Assembly (NCBI RefSeq): GCF_041146345.1
Contig: NW_027191405.1
Location: forward strand, 1,612,001 to 1,676,000
From: Neodothiora populina
Lineage: Eukaryota
Length of the DNA stretch: 64,000 nt
Direction of reading: 5' to 3'
Shown in pieces: positions 36,688 through 49,361 of this stretch; the first letter of the stretch is position 1; every line of letters begins with the position of its first letter. A program made the translations under genes and the position numbers. Under the pieces are notes generated by a model. It ran no database searches. It saw nothing but the letters and a program-made list of their open reading frames with translations, and had not been told where the DNA came from.

Positions 36688-38660
36688 ATGGCACACATGC
36701 CGAAGGCTCTTATGGACTATATGTTCGAGCTTTCTGTTGGATCTGGTAAGGCTGATCCGTAAGCTAGAGCTGTCCTGCATGCGCTAAACAAATCAAAGAC
36801 AATGTAGAAAGAGCTCGCCGTGCTAAATACAGGCGAGACATGCGACAGAGTGCCCACAGATACCTAGAGCGCATGACCTTTCTGACAGAGGACGACGCGA
36901 ATCCCTTTTGTCGCACCTCTGACGATCTTCACAACACATCTCATAATTCCAAAGATACGAACACTAACGTTGTTGCATGGCTTCAAACAAGCTATGATGA
37001 TTCGACCGAGACGAAAGCTCAGCGATGGGGGCAAAGGGTCGATAGCCAGTCAGAGCGATCAGCGAATCATGCCAGGAAGTGCAATCTGCTTCTTCCCGAA
37101 ACCTGTAGCCCAGAGAACTCAGTCACCACCTCCATCGCCGCTCAGGAGATGCATGAACCCGAATCTCTACACAGAGAATCGTCACCTAAAGACAGACACT
37201 CAAGTAGCCATTCTAACGAGCTGGTAACAGGCTGGATGGGGCTGAAGGCGCCCGTAAGACAGAGATTGTATACCACAGACCAACTCCATGAAGTCCGGTC
37301 CGAGATGTGGCTACAGCATTGTCTGAAGCTTTCAACAAGAACCGATCCTCGTGTAGAGTCTTTTATGGCTATAGAGACCATGGATGGTGTGGTAGACGAT
37401 GTCAAGAGTAGTGCAGCCTGCTCACCGAGCTTTGACACATCCTATACCAAGAGCTCGGAGCAAATCCACGCACTAAGGCGAAACCTTGCCGACTGGGACG
37501 AATCCCCAGCTTTGAATCATCTTCCAAAGCAAGGAGAGTCTCTCAGCTCAGCAGATGTACAAACAGCCGCAGTCTTCGGCCACGCCAGCCGGTGCCATTG
37601 GGCTTCGATTACGCCTACTGATAGGCTATGTTGGAAAGAGAAGAACGATGACTTGTCACTCACTCATCGCCTTCACTCCCATACTCTACCTGAGAAAGGG
37701 AAAGAGGACAGCCCACCAAGCTTCCTCGCCCGAACTTTGCTCAACATCGGCAGACCCGATGCAGATGCGCAACGGACCATTGGCTCACCTCCGGAGATAA
37801 GCAAGTTCGAGAAGTTGCCAGTCACACCACCGACCTTGACAAAGTCTGTGATCTCTAGGCATCTCAAAAGGCCATTTCCAACTGCAATACAACCAGCAGC
37901 GGGAAAGGTCTGGTGCGATGAACATTTCCAGATGGATGGTCGTATAGAGCGACAACAGAGGCAACGAGATGTCGCGGTACAAAGGGAGAATGACAGTGAA
38001 AATGCCATAGCCTCTGAAAGCGACAGCGAAGAAACATCCTCCAGCGATTTCGACTGGACCCAACCACTCACGCCTCGGCCAGCGCCAGCTCTGTCTTCGC
38101 TGAGCAAGCCAAATGGAGCTTTAATGCGGCCCACAAATACCTCTGTGGGCTTGAACGTAACGAGAACAACTAGGCATAATAGTCTTTTCCAAGCTGATAC
38201 ATTTGATAAGGCGACAGAGGAAGAAATAGCGATACGGAAAGCAGCTTCGGAAAGAAAAGCCCGTGCGGACGCCGCTCAGAGGGCAGCGGATGTAGCTGCA
38301 ATGTCAGCGGCACACCCAAACGTTCAGACTTATGAGGCATTGCACTTCGCAAAGCATGGCAGATTCACGTCTACTCCAGCGTCAACAATCATCTCGACAG
38401 GAGTTGGACCAGCCATCGCCAAAATTGGTCGACAAGCAAGAACCTCTTCACAATCCACAGAGGCAATGAACAGAGGAGGCACCAACGCAGCATATTTAGC
38501 AGACTTGGTGCGCAGAGCAACTGCACCTACAATTACACCAGCTCCGCGTATTCCTCCAGATAGCGAGCGACGAGGCTATTACAAAGATGAGATCGTACGT
38601 ACCCAGAAACGAGAACGAAAATGGGCATGGAACTTCATTTCTCCAGAGCACGCGGAATGA
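36688..38660 (+). CDS. Hypothetical, largely low-complexity/disordered protein; exons 36688-36745, 36799-38660
   Basis: A 606-codon ORF extended by an upstream exon through intron 36746-36798 (GTAAGG...AAG) in the correct phase; no family recognised. Confidence 0.6.
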
Positions 38661-39354
38661 TGAGCCGGGGGACCAACAAGTGACTTATCCTTCACTTCCG
38701 ATAACATTTCCTACGAAGAGCATCCACAAGGATATTCGGAAGACCCAGACTCTAAGGCAGTGTCATTGCTTTTCACTTTTTGCGTCTGGTACTTGGGGAT
38801 ACCTCCTAGCCTTTGACATTATTCGTCAGCCTTGATACCCCCTTTTCTATCAATGTCCCCTTCCTGCACGGTCGTTGTTGTTTTTCTGTTTCTTCCCAGT
38901 ACTAATCTCTCACGGCTCCACCATTTAGCTGAATAGCTGGAAAATCGTGTTTAGCTTTGCTTTCGCTATTGTGATACCCAGAACAAGCAATACATAATGG
39001 GCGCATGCGTAGTTGAGACTGAACAATCTCTTTCGCTTTACTACTCATCAGTATCTGACTAATGATAAGTCATTCCTCGTACATGATCAGACTTCCAACG
39101 TAGATGAATAGTAGTAGTCCACTATATGAATATAGGTATGTACTGTAAGCAAGCGAGGTGAGGTAGTCTCGAAGGGGGGCAGGTCGGACCGAGCATCTTG
39201 GCATTAATGGTGACGTCTTGAATCGGACCTCGGAAAGTCGACGAGAGAATGAATGGCATCTATATTTAAAAAAAGATCGCCAATTGTTTCGTTCCCGATC
39301 AGATCCATACCATCGAGCAATGTCATTACCGTCCTGAGGTGAATCGGTTTGGTC

Positions 39355-40494
39355 ATGTCAGATGGCGGCCAAAAACGCAAGTCGTCTCCTTGTAAGCAAA
39401 CATCATTTCTTGTACAGTATTACATGTCTATCCGGAAACGAAATGTGCGAGTCGTGTACTCTATACTGCGAACTGGCATATCATTCTCTCATCATATCAG
39501 AAATCACGACTGATTGTTGACTGTTTCCGTGTATGAAGCTTTTCACTTTTTAGCCGGTCTTTCCTCAGGCGTCACGACAGCGTTCCTGCTTCAGCCTGCC
39601 GATCTTCTCAAAACCCGAGTACAACAATCACGAGGCTCTTCTTTGACAATCGCTCTTCGGAATATCCTCAACGGACCCAGTCCTCTTCGTCAACTATGGC
39701 GGGGCACCACTCCCTCCGTCATACGGACCGGTGCCGGTAGTGCGCTGTATTTCGGGATGCTGAACCAGATGCGACAGCATGCTTCGGCCATCAACACAAT
39801 CGCGGCCGGCGACGGCGTTAGAACAGAGTCAATGGATCAGAACAGCAGCGGAAACAGCTCAAGCAGACTGCCCAAGCTGAGCAATACGGCGAATCTGGCG
39901 ACGGGAGCTCTGGCTAGAGCAAGCGCTGGTTTCATCATGAGTCCAGTGACGGTGCTCAAGGTCCGCTACGAGAGCAGCTACTACAACTACACCTCACTTG
40001 CTTCGGCAGCGAGAGATATCGCTAAGACTGAGGGCTTCAGAGGATTTTTCGCTGGGTTTGGCGCCACGGCCGTCCGAGACGCGCCTTATGCGGGCCTCTA
40101 CGTGTTGTTCTACGAACAAAGTAAAGCCGAGCTCTCATTGTTTTTGAGCGGTAGTGGTAGCGGATTGGCTTCTTCCTCATCAACGGACTCGGCATTCAGG
40201 ACACCCCCATCTGTCACGACCTCAGCAAGCATCAATTTCGCATCTGCTCTAATCGCCGCCATCTCAGCAACGGCCCTGACGAATCCCTTCGACGCCATCA
40301 AGACGCGCATCCAACTCTATCCCAAGCGCTATGGGAACATGGTGAGCGCGGCCAAGATGATGCTCAGAGAAGAAGGGCTCAGGAGTCTATTTGACGGACT
40401 GGGTCTGAGGATGGGTCGCAAGGCGTTGAGCTCTGCGCTTGCATGGACCGTGTATGAGGAGCTGATCCGCAGGGCGGAGAGTAAACTTGTTTAG
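39355..40494 (+). CDS. HEM25: Mitochondrial carrier, glycine transporter Hem25/SLC25A38; exons 39355-39391, 39539-40494
   Basis: Three carrier signatures ([36 protein letters not shown]), plus RDAPYAGLY and [16 protein letters not shown] typical of SLC25A38. Confidence 0.9.
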
Positions 40495-41302
40495 CAGATG
40501 GCGAGACTCTCGGGGCCAATTTCAACAATCAATTTCTCTTGTCATTTCTGGGCACGTGTGGAATTATCTATATGTAACGTTAGGCGCATCAGACACTATG
40601 GGTGGATATGTGCGGAAACAACATTTCCGGCTCTTGTCGCTTGTTCTTCGACTCCATAGGAAAGATAGACTTGAGTTCCGTATACACAGGCACAAAGCAC
40701 TTCACGCTCATCTACTCTGGACACACATGCGACTCATTCACCTATGGCTCTTCTGACCGTATCACAGGAAAGATGATTTTGTTTTGAACTTGTTTTTGTG
40801 AATTTCTAGAGACAGAGACATCTGAATTATCGGGAAGGGATACAACGCAAAAGCAGACAAGTATGTCGTGTTTGTTTTTCGCAAAACGCAAAACCCGACC
40901 CGAGCATCCGTCTATAAGTCCTTAGATAATACAGAAAAACAGGAAGGAAACTCCCCATCCTTCCATCCTGTCTTACTCCCTCTCTTCACCACACACCCCC
41001 CAAAAGGAAATTCCCGGATCCGCAGCCAGATCGTAAACAAAATGTGAGGTCTGGACTTTAGGGTATAAGCAAGAAATTGAAACGGAAAGAAAAAAGGAAA
41101 GAAAGAAAAAAAATGCGCGCCGAATGGTTATAACGCCGGTGATGTTTGCCGGGTGAGGGATGGGTGGTGGAGGGTTCTTCTTCTTTTGCAGAGGCCACTG
41201 ACTAGACGCGGAGAGCGTCTGTCTCTAGAGTGTGCTGGGATCTGTTTCTCTTTCTTCCGCACCGTTGTGTGAGAGTGGGTATTTGTATCTGGAACGCAGG
41301 CT

Positions 41303-42106
41303 CTAGTTCTTGACCGGTGCAGTGGTGGTAGGGGCGGCGACGGCAGCAGCAGCGGCAGCATCAGCGGCCATGGTGGTCACCACGGCGTTCAAAGCAGCGT
41401 GCTGCACACTGCCCATATCGCCACTGACATCGACGGCCAAGACGTCCTTCTCGGCCTCGCTCGGGGGCTCGAGGGCCTCGAACTGGCTCTTGACCATCGA
41501 GTCCTTCATGTAGTGGCCGACGCGGTTGTGCACGCGGCTGAGCAGGACGTCCTGCGAGGCGTGCAGGTAGATGAAGTGCACGAGGACGCGCTCGTCGTTG
41601 TAGCTTGCGATGCGGATCACGTCGCGGTATTTGCGCTTCAGCGCAGAGCAGGTCAGCACCACTCCCGACGCTCCCGATGCCAGCGCCGACACGGATTGGT
41701 CGCGCAGCAGGATCAGCCAGTCCCATCGGTCTGCGTCGGTCAGAGGAATGCCGGCGGCCATTTTGTCTATGTTCGCTTGCGGGTGGAACTGTTGGGACAA
41801 AAGAGTGTCAGTCACGGGCTGGGGGATTGTAGCCATGATGACATCAGAAGAGAAACTCACGCTGTCGCCTTCTAGGTAGGGTAATTGCAGCTGCTCAGAC
41901 AGATATCCGGCTACCGTCGTCTTTCCACATCCGGCGGGGCCAGTAACGATCCAGATGTGTCTGTGGTAAGGTGCCGCTGCTGCCGGCGTGCCATTGACCG
42001 TGGCTGCTGACCCTGAAGTGGACGCTGGTGTACTCGTAGCAGGCATTGCTGCCGAATTTCGCGAGAGAGGGTCGGGCATGACGGGTGGGGTGTTGTAGGA
42101 AAGCAT
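41303..42106 (-). CDS. Gluconokinase (GntK/IdnK family); exons 42106-41861, 41788-41303
   Basis: P-loop VTGPAGCGKTT, LEGDS/FHPQANIDKMAAGIPLTDADRWDWL, CSALKRKYRD, HYMKDSMVKSQFEALEPP. Confidence 0.92.
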   Translation of the reverse strand: MLSYNTPPVMPDPLSRNSAAMPATSTPASTSGSAATVNGTPAAAAPYHRHIWIVTGPAGCGKTTVAGYLSEQLQLPYLEGDSVSFSSDVIMATIPQPVTDTLLSQQFHPQANIDKMAAGIPLTDADRWDWLILLRDQSVSALASGASGVVLTCSALKRKYRDVIRIASYNDERVLVHFIYLHASQDVLLSRVHNRVGHYMKDSMVKSQFEALEPPSEAEKDVLAVDVSGDMGSVQHAALNAVVTTMAADAAAAAAVAAPTTTAPVKN

Positions 42107-43432
42107 GACGAGAGAGAGTAGAGGGGTGAGGTCAAAGGAAACTTTCTGAGTAGAGGGTCTCGGGAGAGAGGGAAGATTCACGAGTTTCACAGTCTGGAAT
42201 GAAACAAGAGGCAGAAGAAGACAGGGAACAGAGAGAAAGAGGGACTTCACGGCAGGGCGAGAGAGACAAGTTATATCACCTCGAGCGTTTCTTGACTACA
42301 CAGAAGGAAGACATACAGTAACAGAGCGGGCGGGGGGGGGGGCCAAGGGGGACAGACGACTGCATTTTCAACACCGACCGCAGACCCGCGTACGGGCATT
42401 TGGGGTGTTCTGTCGCCCAGAAGCTCATACTGGGCGACAGTCAACCTTCTGTCGTCGTTGTTATCCGCCCAGTTCACCCGGGTTTCAAGACTCAGCCAGA
42501 CTCGGCCCCATGCTTCGAGTTTTGCCGGACGAGGAAAGTTGCATCATTCGGGCCCACATTCGAGTCTATGATATTGTATACCATGGCGAGTCTGATATAT
42601 ACCCTGTTTCTTCCCCAAGTTCCCCAGTTTGATCAAGGCTGGGCGAGACTGGGGTAGAAACACTAAGCGCCTCATTCGCCGCTCGGTCTTTGTCGGCTAT
42701 CTGAGCTTTTTGCACTACTCTGAGATCCACCAGGTGTGCTGTGAACCTGAACCATTTCATTGCTTGGTTGCAGTTCTGCTCGTTGGGGATATTTCCCTGC
42801 TCGCCTCTCTGCTTTTCCGGATGCTGCATGGATCGGTATCAGGTCCTTGCCTATCCACATATCCGAGCCACCGCATTGGGCATGTTCTACTTGTGCAGAA
42901 GATCCTATGATTGTACTGCACAGCGCCGTAGATCTCGCTGTTGTTACCGGTACGGCAGGTTGTGGGTGGCTTCTGGCTTCGGGCAGTGAATAACTTGGGG
43001 AAATCCAGATGCCGACGAATGGCTTATACGGGTACGATTTGTATGCGAAGAAGGAAAACGTTTCCATTATACACTCAAAGCATCTCGAGTCGAGACCTTG
43101 CCGCCTCATTTACTGAAAGTCTCCTTATCGTGCAGTTGGGTAGTGCGCTCGCTGCATCCAAGCATTCCTGCGTTATCTGCACATAGCCACGCATCATCGT
43201 GACTGTAAGCCCGTCGGATGGGCGATCTTCAAGCGCATTGATAACATCTTGGATTTCCTCAGGACTTCATGCTAAATACAAGCATGACGCAGTCGCTTGA
43301 AACGCTGCCCAAAATGCCTTGAAAACATGTGAGCCCGGCTAGGTGTAGATCATGTTCTTGGAGTATGGTCCGCGACTCATTGCCAGAAGTGCTTGTAAAA
43401 CTATGCTGCTGCTCGCAATGACGATCGAGCAT

Positions 43433-44614
43433 CTAACAACAATCCCAACTCATAGTCTTGCCATCTCGTTTTAGAATCATATGGCTCTTGTCCTCGAAAC
43501 CACACACTTGCATGGCGAACCATTCGTCTCCACTCCCTTTGAGTGCAGCAGCGAAAGCCTTTGCCACCCAAATTGACGGCATGAAACCATGCCACCGTAA
43601 TTTCAGTAGATCCATAGCCTCGGGCTGCTTTTCGCCTGCTCCAAATCGTGGGACTTCATATCGAGACAAGTATGAATCAATATCGTCGTTGTCTTTGACT
43701 CTGGGTGAGTCGAGACACACGAGGGTAAGCCACTCCAGCAGCTCAGTGACTTCGACTGCGCCCACGTCGCCTCCTTCTTCAATCCTATCAGGGAAAGCCG
43801 GCACGCGTACGCTATCCATCGTCACAACCTCAGGTGTCACCGTCCTGTGGAAGGGCTGGAAATCCTTGATTGGACCCGAGTCCTGCTGGCTCGGACTCCG
43901 TAGATCGTAGAACAACCACGTCAAAGCATCCGTGAAAACATTCTGTGCAGCCCATAAAACGCGATCAAACCCTTTCTTCCCCTTGACCATAGACGGTAAA
44001 CGTAGATTCAACGTGACTGCAAACCGCGACTTGATGTGTCGCCTTCCGAAGTCCTGGATGGGCTGGCCCTGCAGGCCAGCGCGCTCGTACGTCGCTCTGT
44101 CAAGCTCGATGCGCAGCACTCCATCGCTTAGTGAGAATGTGGTGTCCAGACCTTCGCGGCCTTCTGATCGAAGCGCGATGTTGCCTACATATTAGATCAA
44201 ATGAGTGAACGCTTTCTTCACAAAGTGTGCGTGGTGTGAGATAGATACATACCGGATTTCATGTAGTAGTTGAAAAAGTCCCCAGTGAGAATATCTGCAA
44301 GCTTCAGGTGCACCTTGCAGTACTGTGGCTCACCCACCGAAGTCTCCAGAGCATGCTGTATTTGAGGTGCGACAGATGCCGGAACAATCAAATCTAGCTA
44401 ATTTTCCAAGCAAAGCATAAGTAAATTCTCGTTGCCATCCAATGGGGGTGCCTAGGATCGCCAAACTCACAGTATGGTTGAAGGCCTGCGCGTAAACGGT
44501 CGAGAAAGGTCTCTTTTTCGTCGGCGGCTGCTTGTCGTCGATGTACTGAGGCAGCACCGTGTGCGCGAAGAAACACTTTGGTCTTTTATCCTGATCTTTC
44601 CCGAGTCCTAGCAT
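43433..44614 (-). CDS. RPP40: Ribonuclease P/MRP subunit Rpp40; exons 44614-44471, 44397-44253, 44184-43433
   Basis: FNHT/LDLIVP, GDFFNYYMKSG, LRIELDRATYERAGLQG, LNLRLPSMVKGKKGFDR, SPRVKDNDDIDSYLSRY. Two introns restore the frame. Confidence 0.85.
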
Positions 44615-45197
44615 TGTCTACTCAATGTTGATGATTCCATGCAATTAATGTGATTGTGATTATGTTTGCTCGTCGCATTGCTGGTCCGGAAGTGTTTAAA
44701 CAAAAATTCGCCGATGGAGCTTTAAGTCTAAGATATGCCAACCATTTGCGGTCTCGCAAGCTTGCTGTTCGAATTTCGCAATTCACAGTAGCTCTTATGG
44801 CAACGCCGGACTTTGAGCCACTTTGCCTAGTAGGCTCGATAAGGTTAAATAAATTATAATAACATTGCTTTCTACTATTCGCTAGAAACAAAAGACTATA
44901 GCGACAAAGCCATGGGCTTTGGATGATGGCGTTGAACGGAAAAGCAAGTGGAAGTTGAGTAAAAATATGCAGATATTATGTTATTAATATAAATAATTGT
45001 TTATGTCTAGCAAGACGAAAGAAAAAGGCCGACAGGAACATAAAGGCTCGTAAATACACATGTCATGATAACCAAGACTTGATAAATTAGGTTCGGCATC
45101 TCTAACTCGAGGCAAAACCAACAAGCTAGGTTCAACTTATTGCTAAACTGGATGGTGTCATCTGATGCACAGCACCTCGGAATCTGAGACCCTAACT

Positions 45198-47158
45198 CTA
45201 CTCAGCCTTCTTGGGAGTATCGCCTGCTGCCGCTTCGGCGTTGCTGTCAAGACGAGTTCCATCTGATGACTCCTGATCCTCATCGCCCTTTGTCGCAGCT
45301 CTGTGCGCAATGTCTAGAGCAGGTGCAAAGGTACTCTTCTGTCTGATCTTAGCACCCCTCAGGTAGAATAAGATCGGCAGCGGGACGAGGACCAAGGCAA
45401 CACAGCCAAGCAAAGTGCCTGCCCACTGGACACCCATGCCCTCGATCATGTAAGTTGCAAACAGGGGGAATCCAGCACCGCAGAGAGAGCGCAAAAACGT
45501 GTTTGCGGCAATCGCAGAGGCAGCGAACATCAGATAAGCGTCGATCAGGTAGTTGAGGCATTGGAGGAAGATTGACATCAAACCGAACCCAGTCAAAAGA
45601 CCCGAGAGCGTGGGGACGATCCAATGGATGTCAGCCTTGTATCCTGTCCAGCCAAACCAGAACAAGCCAATGGAGAACAGGAAACCTCCAACGATCGCTG
45701 GAGGAAGACGCCACTCTGGGATGGGGATGTTGCCGTTGGCAGCTAGTTTGCGGTTGTATGACGGTTGTGTCCAAATGATGTAGCCGCCAGCGATGAACTC
45801 GCCGACGATCATACCGAAGTAGGGAAGACCACCAACACCCTTGTTCATCCCGTGGATGCGCTGGAAGACGATCGGGTAGAAAGTGAGGAAAAGATACAGC
45901 AAGCCGTAAATAAAGCTTAGGAAGTTAGCACTCCTGTATTGCCAGTCACATCATGCTCGAGTACTCACGACATGTAGATTGATAAAGCCAGCACAATCGG
46001 TTCCTTGAAGAGCATGCGCATGGGTCTGCTAAGGTTCTTCTCCAAAAGCTCTCGTAGATCGATTTCGATCTCCTCCTGCTTGGCATGGATGCCCCAATTC
46101 TTAGTACGGCGACGTAGCTCCGACGCCTTATTGACAAGGACAACCGGTGGATAAGTCTCCTCCAGGAAGATCAGACTAAGACCTAAGCCGGTGAACGCCA
46201 TGATGGCGGTGATATACTCAGTCCAGCGCCAGCCAAGATAAGACATGTCGATGAATCCTCCTATGAATGGCGCAAGCAGAGGTCCAGAGAAAACAGCGAT
46301 AGAGAACACCGTAATGGCAATACCTCTCGTTCTGTTGTCAAACATGTCTGCGAACACAGCACCAACACAAGTAAGCGGGCAAGCACCCATAAAACCACTG
46401 AAGAATCGGCAGATCATAACTGTCTGCAAGTCTTTACCAACAGCGACGGCAATGCTGAAGATCGAGAAACCGAACGAACTGATGAGTAGAGGTGGGCGGC
46501 GACCATAAAGTTCCGAGAAAGGTGCCCAAAGAATTGGTCCGAATGCGAAGCCCAAGACGTACAGACTCACTCCCAGGATTCCGACCTCGGTAGACACTCC
46601 AAACTGGGCAGCTACCGACGCCGTAGCGGCAGAGAAGACGGACGAGCCAAATGCGGCGCAGAGGGTCACAAACCCAAGTGTGGCGGCAATGATGATCTTT
46701 TTTCGCATGGGCCAATTTTGAGGATGTAGTGGATCAGCTGGGCCTTCATATTCGACAACATACTCCTCTCTTTCCGGCAGTGCAGGAGGATATGGCTTTC
46801 CACCACCGAAAGGTGGCAGGGCCTTGGTTTTCGATGATCGCGTTCTGAAAATGGACACTGGAGCACTTGTTCCGGCCCCCACTGTTGCGACATGTTGACT
46901 TCTGTGGGTATGAATCCTACTCAATGCAGTGGGATGCCTTTCCAAGTCATAGTCTGCTTCGTACACAGTAGGCGCTCGTGACAAACCTGTCCGTGGTGTT
47001 TGTTGTAAGCCATTAACAGGCTGCAATGCTCGAGATCGCTCTGAGGATGACGTTGACGTCCTGGCCATGGTATGTACTGGAACCTCAACCTCTTCGTGGA
47101 ATCGCTCAGGACTGGCCTCTCTCTCGAGCGCCGACATCCTGCGATCTTCTGCATTCAT
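45198..47158 (-). CDS. MFS multidrug/polyamine transporter, DHA1 family (Tpo1/Flr1-like); exons 47158-45969, 45915-45198
   Basis: DPLHPQNW, WAPFSELYGRR, GPLLAPFIGG, WRWTEY, EETYPPV, PEWRL, NYLIDAY; 12-TM pattern; intron 45968-45916. Confidence 0.92.
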
Positions 47159-47998
47159 AGTGAGCGCTCAGCTATGGCTGCCACTTAGTATGAAATCAGA
47201 AGACGACGTGCTATCGACCGCTTGGACACTCGACGACACAGCAATGGTCGTGTGAGAAACTAAACACGAACAAAACTGATGAAAGCTAAGTTCACTGGAT
47301 CCCATCAGACAAAGGATTGTTTGTATCGTAAATAAGGTTGGGGTTATTCACGGGATGACCAGTTTGGGCCAAGCAAATGAGAGCTTAATGCCATGTCTCG
47401 AGGTACAAGTTATGTGGCAGTGTCGCAATGATGAGAAACCTTGCCTAGCATCACATCGTCATTCAAACGTTTGCTTTTGCGAAAGTACGAAGTGTCAAAG
47501 AGGCGTTCGCGAAAGTATAATACACAGCATTTATTGGCACCGCACTTGATACATCCTATACGCCTTGAAAGATGGTCGTATCTCATGATGGTACTAGCCG
47601 AGTAGCAGTCACAACAGCCTGGGATCCGTCAAGGCAAAATGCAAATGCTGACCACAGAGCTGGAGCTACCTTACCTTACCTGGTAAGATTGGAAATCTGA
47701 CCGTAGACCACCCGCTGGTGGGGGAGATTAGCAGCCCTATCGTTTCACGATACCCAGCCATTGGGACTAATCTAGCCCTGCCGGACCATCACCGGCACAT
47801 TCTATTTGAACCACACTCTACTTGAGGGGTCTACCATGTGTAAACACAAACAACGAAAACAACTTATACTCGGGAATGTCCGTCAGCCCGCAGAACTTGT
47901 GTAGACAGTTGAATTAGAGGCTGTTACGATATTCGATCTCTGATCTCTCCGTCTTCTTCGAATGCATCAACTACTATTCCGTGTGTATATACGACATA

Positions 47999-48979
47999 TT
48001 AAGCGAGGATGTGATCAAAGACCTTGACGCCTTCACGTCCTAGAGCGGTGCCGACTCCGACAAGCTTGGCCCCTACACTCATCATTCTATCAAAGCCAGC
48101 CTTGTCGCCAACACCACCGACACCTATAATGTCGACCATCTTGAGACTCTCGTGCTCATCAAGCAAAGCCCGGATGGTCTTGACATTACCCAAAGCAAGA
48201 GGGTGAAGTGGTGCCCCTGCCATACCTCCGACTCCTGCACCAGAGGCAGAAGCTAATGCAGCATCGTTGGTCGTGTTGTCCAGCAGCAGGCATGATCCAA
48301 GAGTGTTTGTCGTGGTGACGAAATCTATGGGTGAGTTGCCCTTCTCAAGCACCGAAGCTGAGAGGAGGCCTTTGAGCAGGCTTGCGAACTGATCATGGTA
48401 GGTATAAGGCGGTGTCTTGATGCCGATAGGGACAGTGCGCTCTACACCATTGCGAGACAGAGCAATGAAGTACTCGATCAATGCGTCCTTTGAATATGCT
48501 GGTGGGGGCTTGGATGGTATATTCGGGCATGACAGGTTGATCTCCATGCACAATGGCACAGAGACTTTTTGTTGATGCTCAGTGATCATGTCGTAACATT
48601 GCCGTATCTCATCGGGAGAACCAGTCACCGAAATAATAAAGGGCTTTTTACGCCCCGTGGAAGCAGTCGTTATAGCCGAGATGTACTTGAGATACTCGCG
48701 AAGTGGGGTGGGAGAGTACCCCAGCGTGTTCAAGCTCCCACATTTACTGTCGGGCACAGCATAGTCAGGCCCGCCGTAGGGTAGCACATCATGGTTTCTC
48801 GGATCGAAGAATGTATGCTGGTGAATCGCGGGATCATGCCCGAAGCCTTGGAGAAGACTAGTTCTCGTCGTGACAGCTCCGGTAGAGGGACTATCGTACA
48901 GTGCCTGCAAATCTTCCTGGCTTGAGCACCATGGATTAGCGCTGTTGATCAGCGGGGGTGACATGAGCGGCAGAGGCAT
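47999..48979 (-). CDS. Class-1 dihydroorotate dehydrogenase (Ura1)-like flavoprotein, probable dihydrouracil oxidase
   Basis: Intronless. NSANPWC, GAVTTRT, SLNTLGYS, ISVTG, EINLSCPN (catalytic Cys), PIGIKTPPY, NTLG, GGMAG, IIGVGGV. No N-terminal membrane anchor of the class-2 type. Confidence 0.8.
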   Translation of the reverse strand: MPLPLMSPPLINSANPWCSSQEDLQALYDSPSTGAVTTRTSLLQGFGHDPAIHQHTFFDPRNHDVLPYGGPDYAVPDSKCGSLNTLGYSPTPLREYLKYISAITTASTGRKKPFIISVTGSPDEIRQCYDMITEHQQKVSVPLCMEINLSCPNIPSKPPPAYSKDALIEYFIALSRNGVERTVPIGIKTPPYTYHDQFASLLKGLLSASVLEKGNSPIDFVTTTNTLGSCLLLDNTTNDAALASASGAGVGGMAGAPLHPLALGNVKTIRALLDEHESLKMVDIIGVGGVGDKAGFDRMMSVGAKLVGVGTALGREGVKVFDHILA

Positions 48980-49252
48980 CTTGGATCAATATAAATCGGG
49001 GCTTTGTATGTCGACTTGCGTGTTCCTGGTTCGAGTTCCATCTCGAGTTACCTGCCATAAGCCCACATCGTCGTTGTAGGATTACCCTGCCCAGCCCGCG
49101 GGCGCACGCCCATGGTTGGTTGACCCACTCTTGGTATGAGCAGTCAGTGGTGCGGGACCGTGGGCGGTAGGCGCGTCCGATAGGCGAGCTTGACTACAAG
49201 AATCTGGAATGTGAATTATATACTAGCCGTTGCAGCGAATTCTTGAACAGTT

Positions 49253-49358
49253 GGCGCGATGGCCGAGCGGTCTAAGGCGATAGACTAGAACTTGATTCAA
49301 TTCGGTTTCTTGATATCTATTATCTTCGGATGCGCAGGTTCAAATCCTGCTCGCGTCG
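49253..49358 (+). tRNA. tRNA-Ser(AGA) with 24-nt intron (49291-49314)
   Basis: Acceptor stem GGCGCGA/TCGCGTC with G73; A box TGGCCGAGCGG; anticodon stem ATAGA/TCTAT with CT-AGA-A loop; long variable arm ATC-TTCG-GAT; B box GGTTCAAATCC. Confidence 0.95.
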
Positions 49359-49361
49359 TCA

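Noticed and set aside
40477..40494. SKL near the Hem25 C-terminus as a PTS1
   Set aside because: It is followed by Val (ESKLV*), so it is not terminal, and the protein is an inner-membrane carrier.
45198..48979. MFS transporter plus DHODH-like gene as a pyrimidine catabolic cluster
   Set aside because: The transporter is DHA1 drug/polyamine type rather than a nucleobase permease, and no other pathway genes are adjacent.
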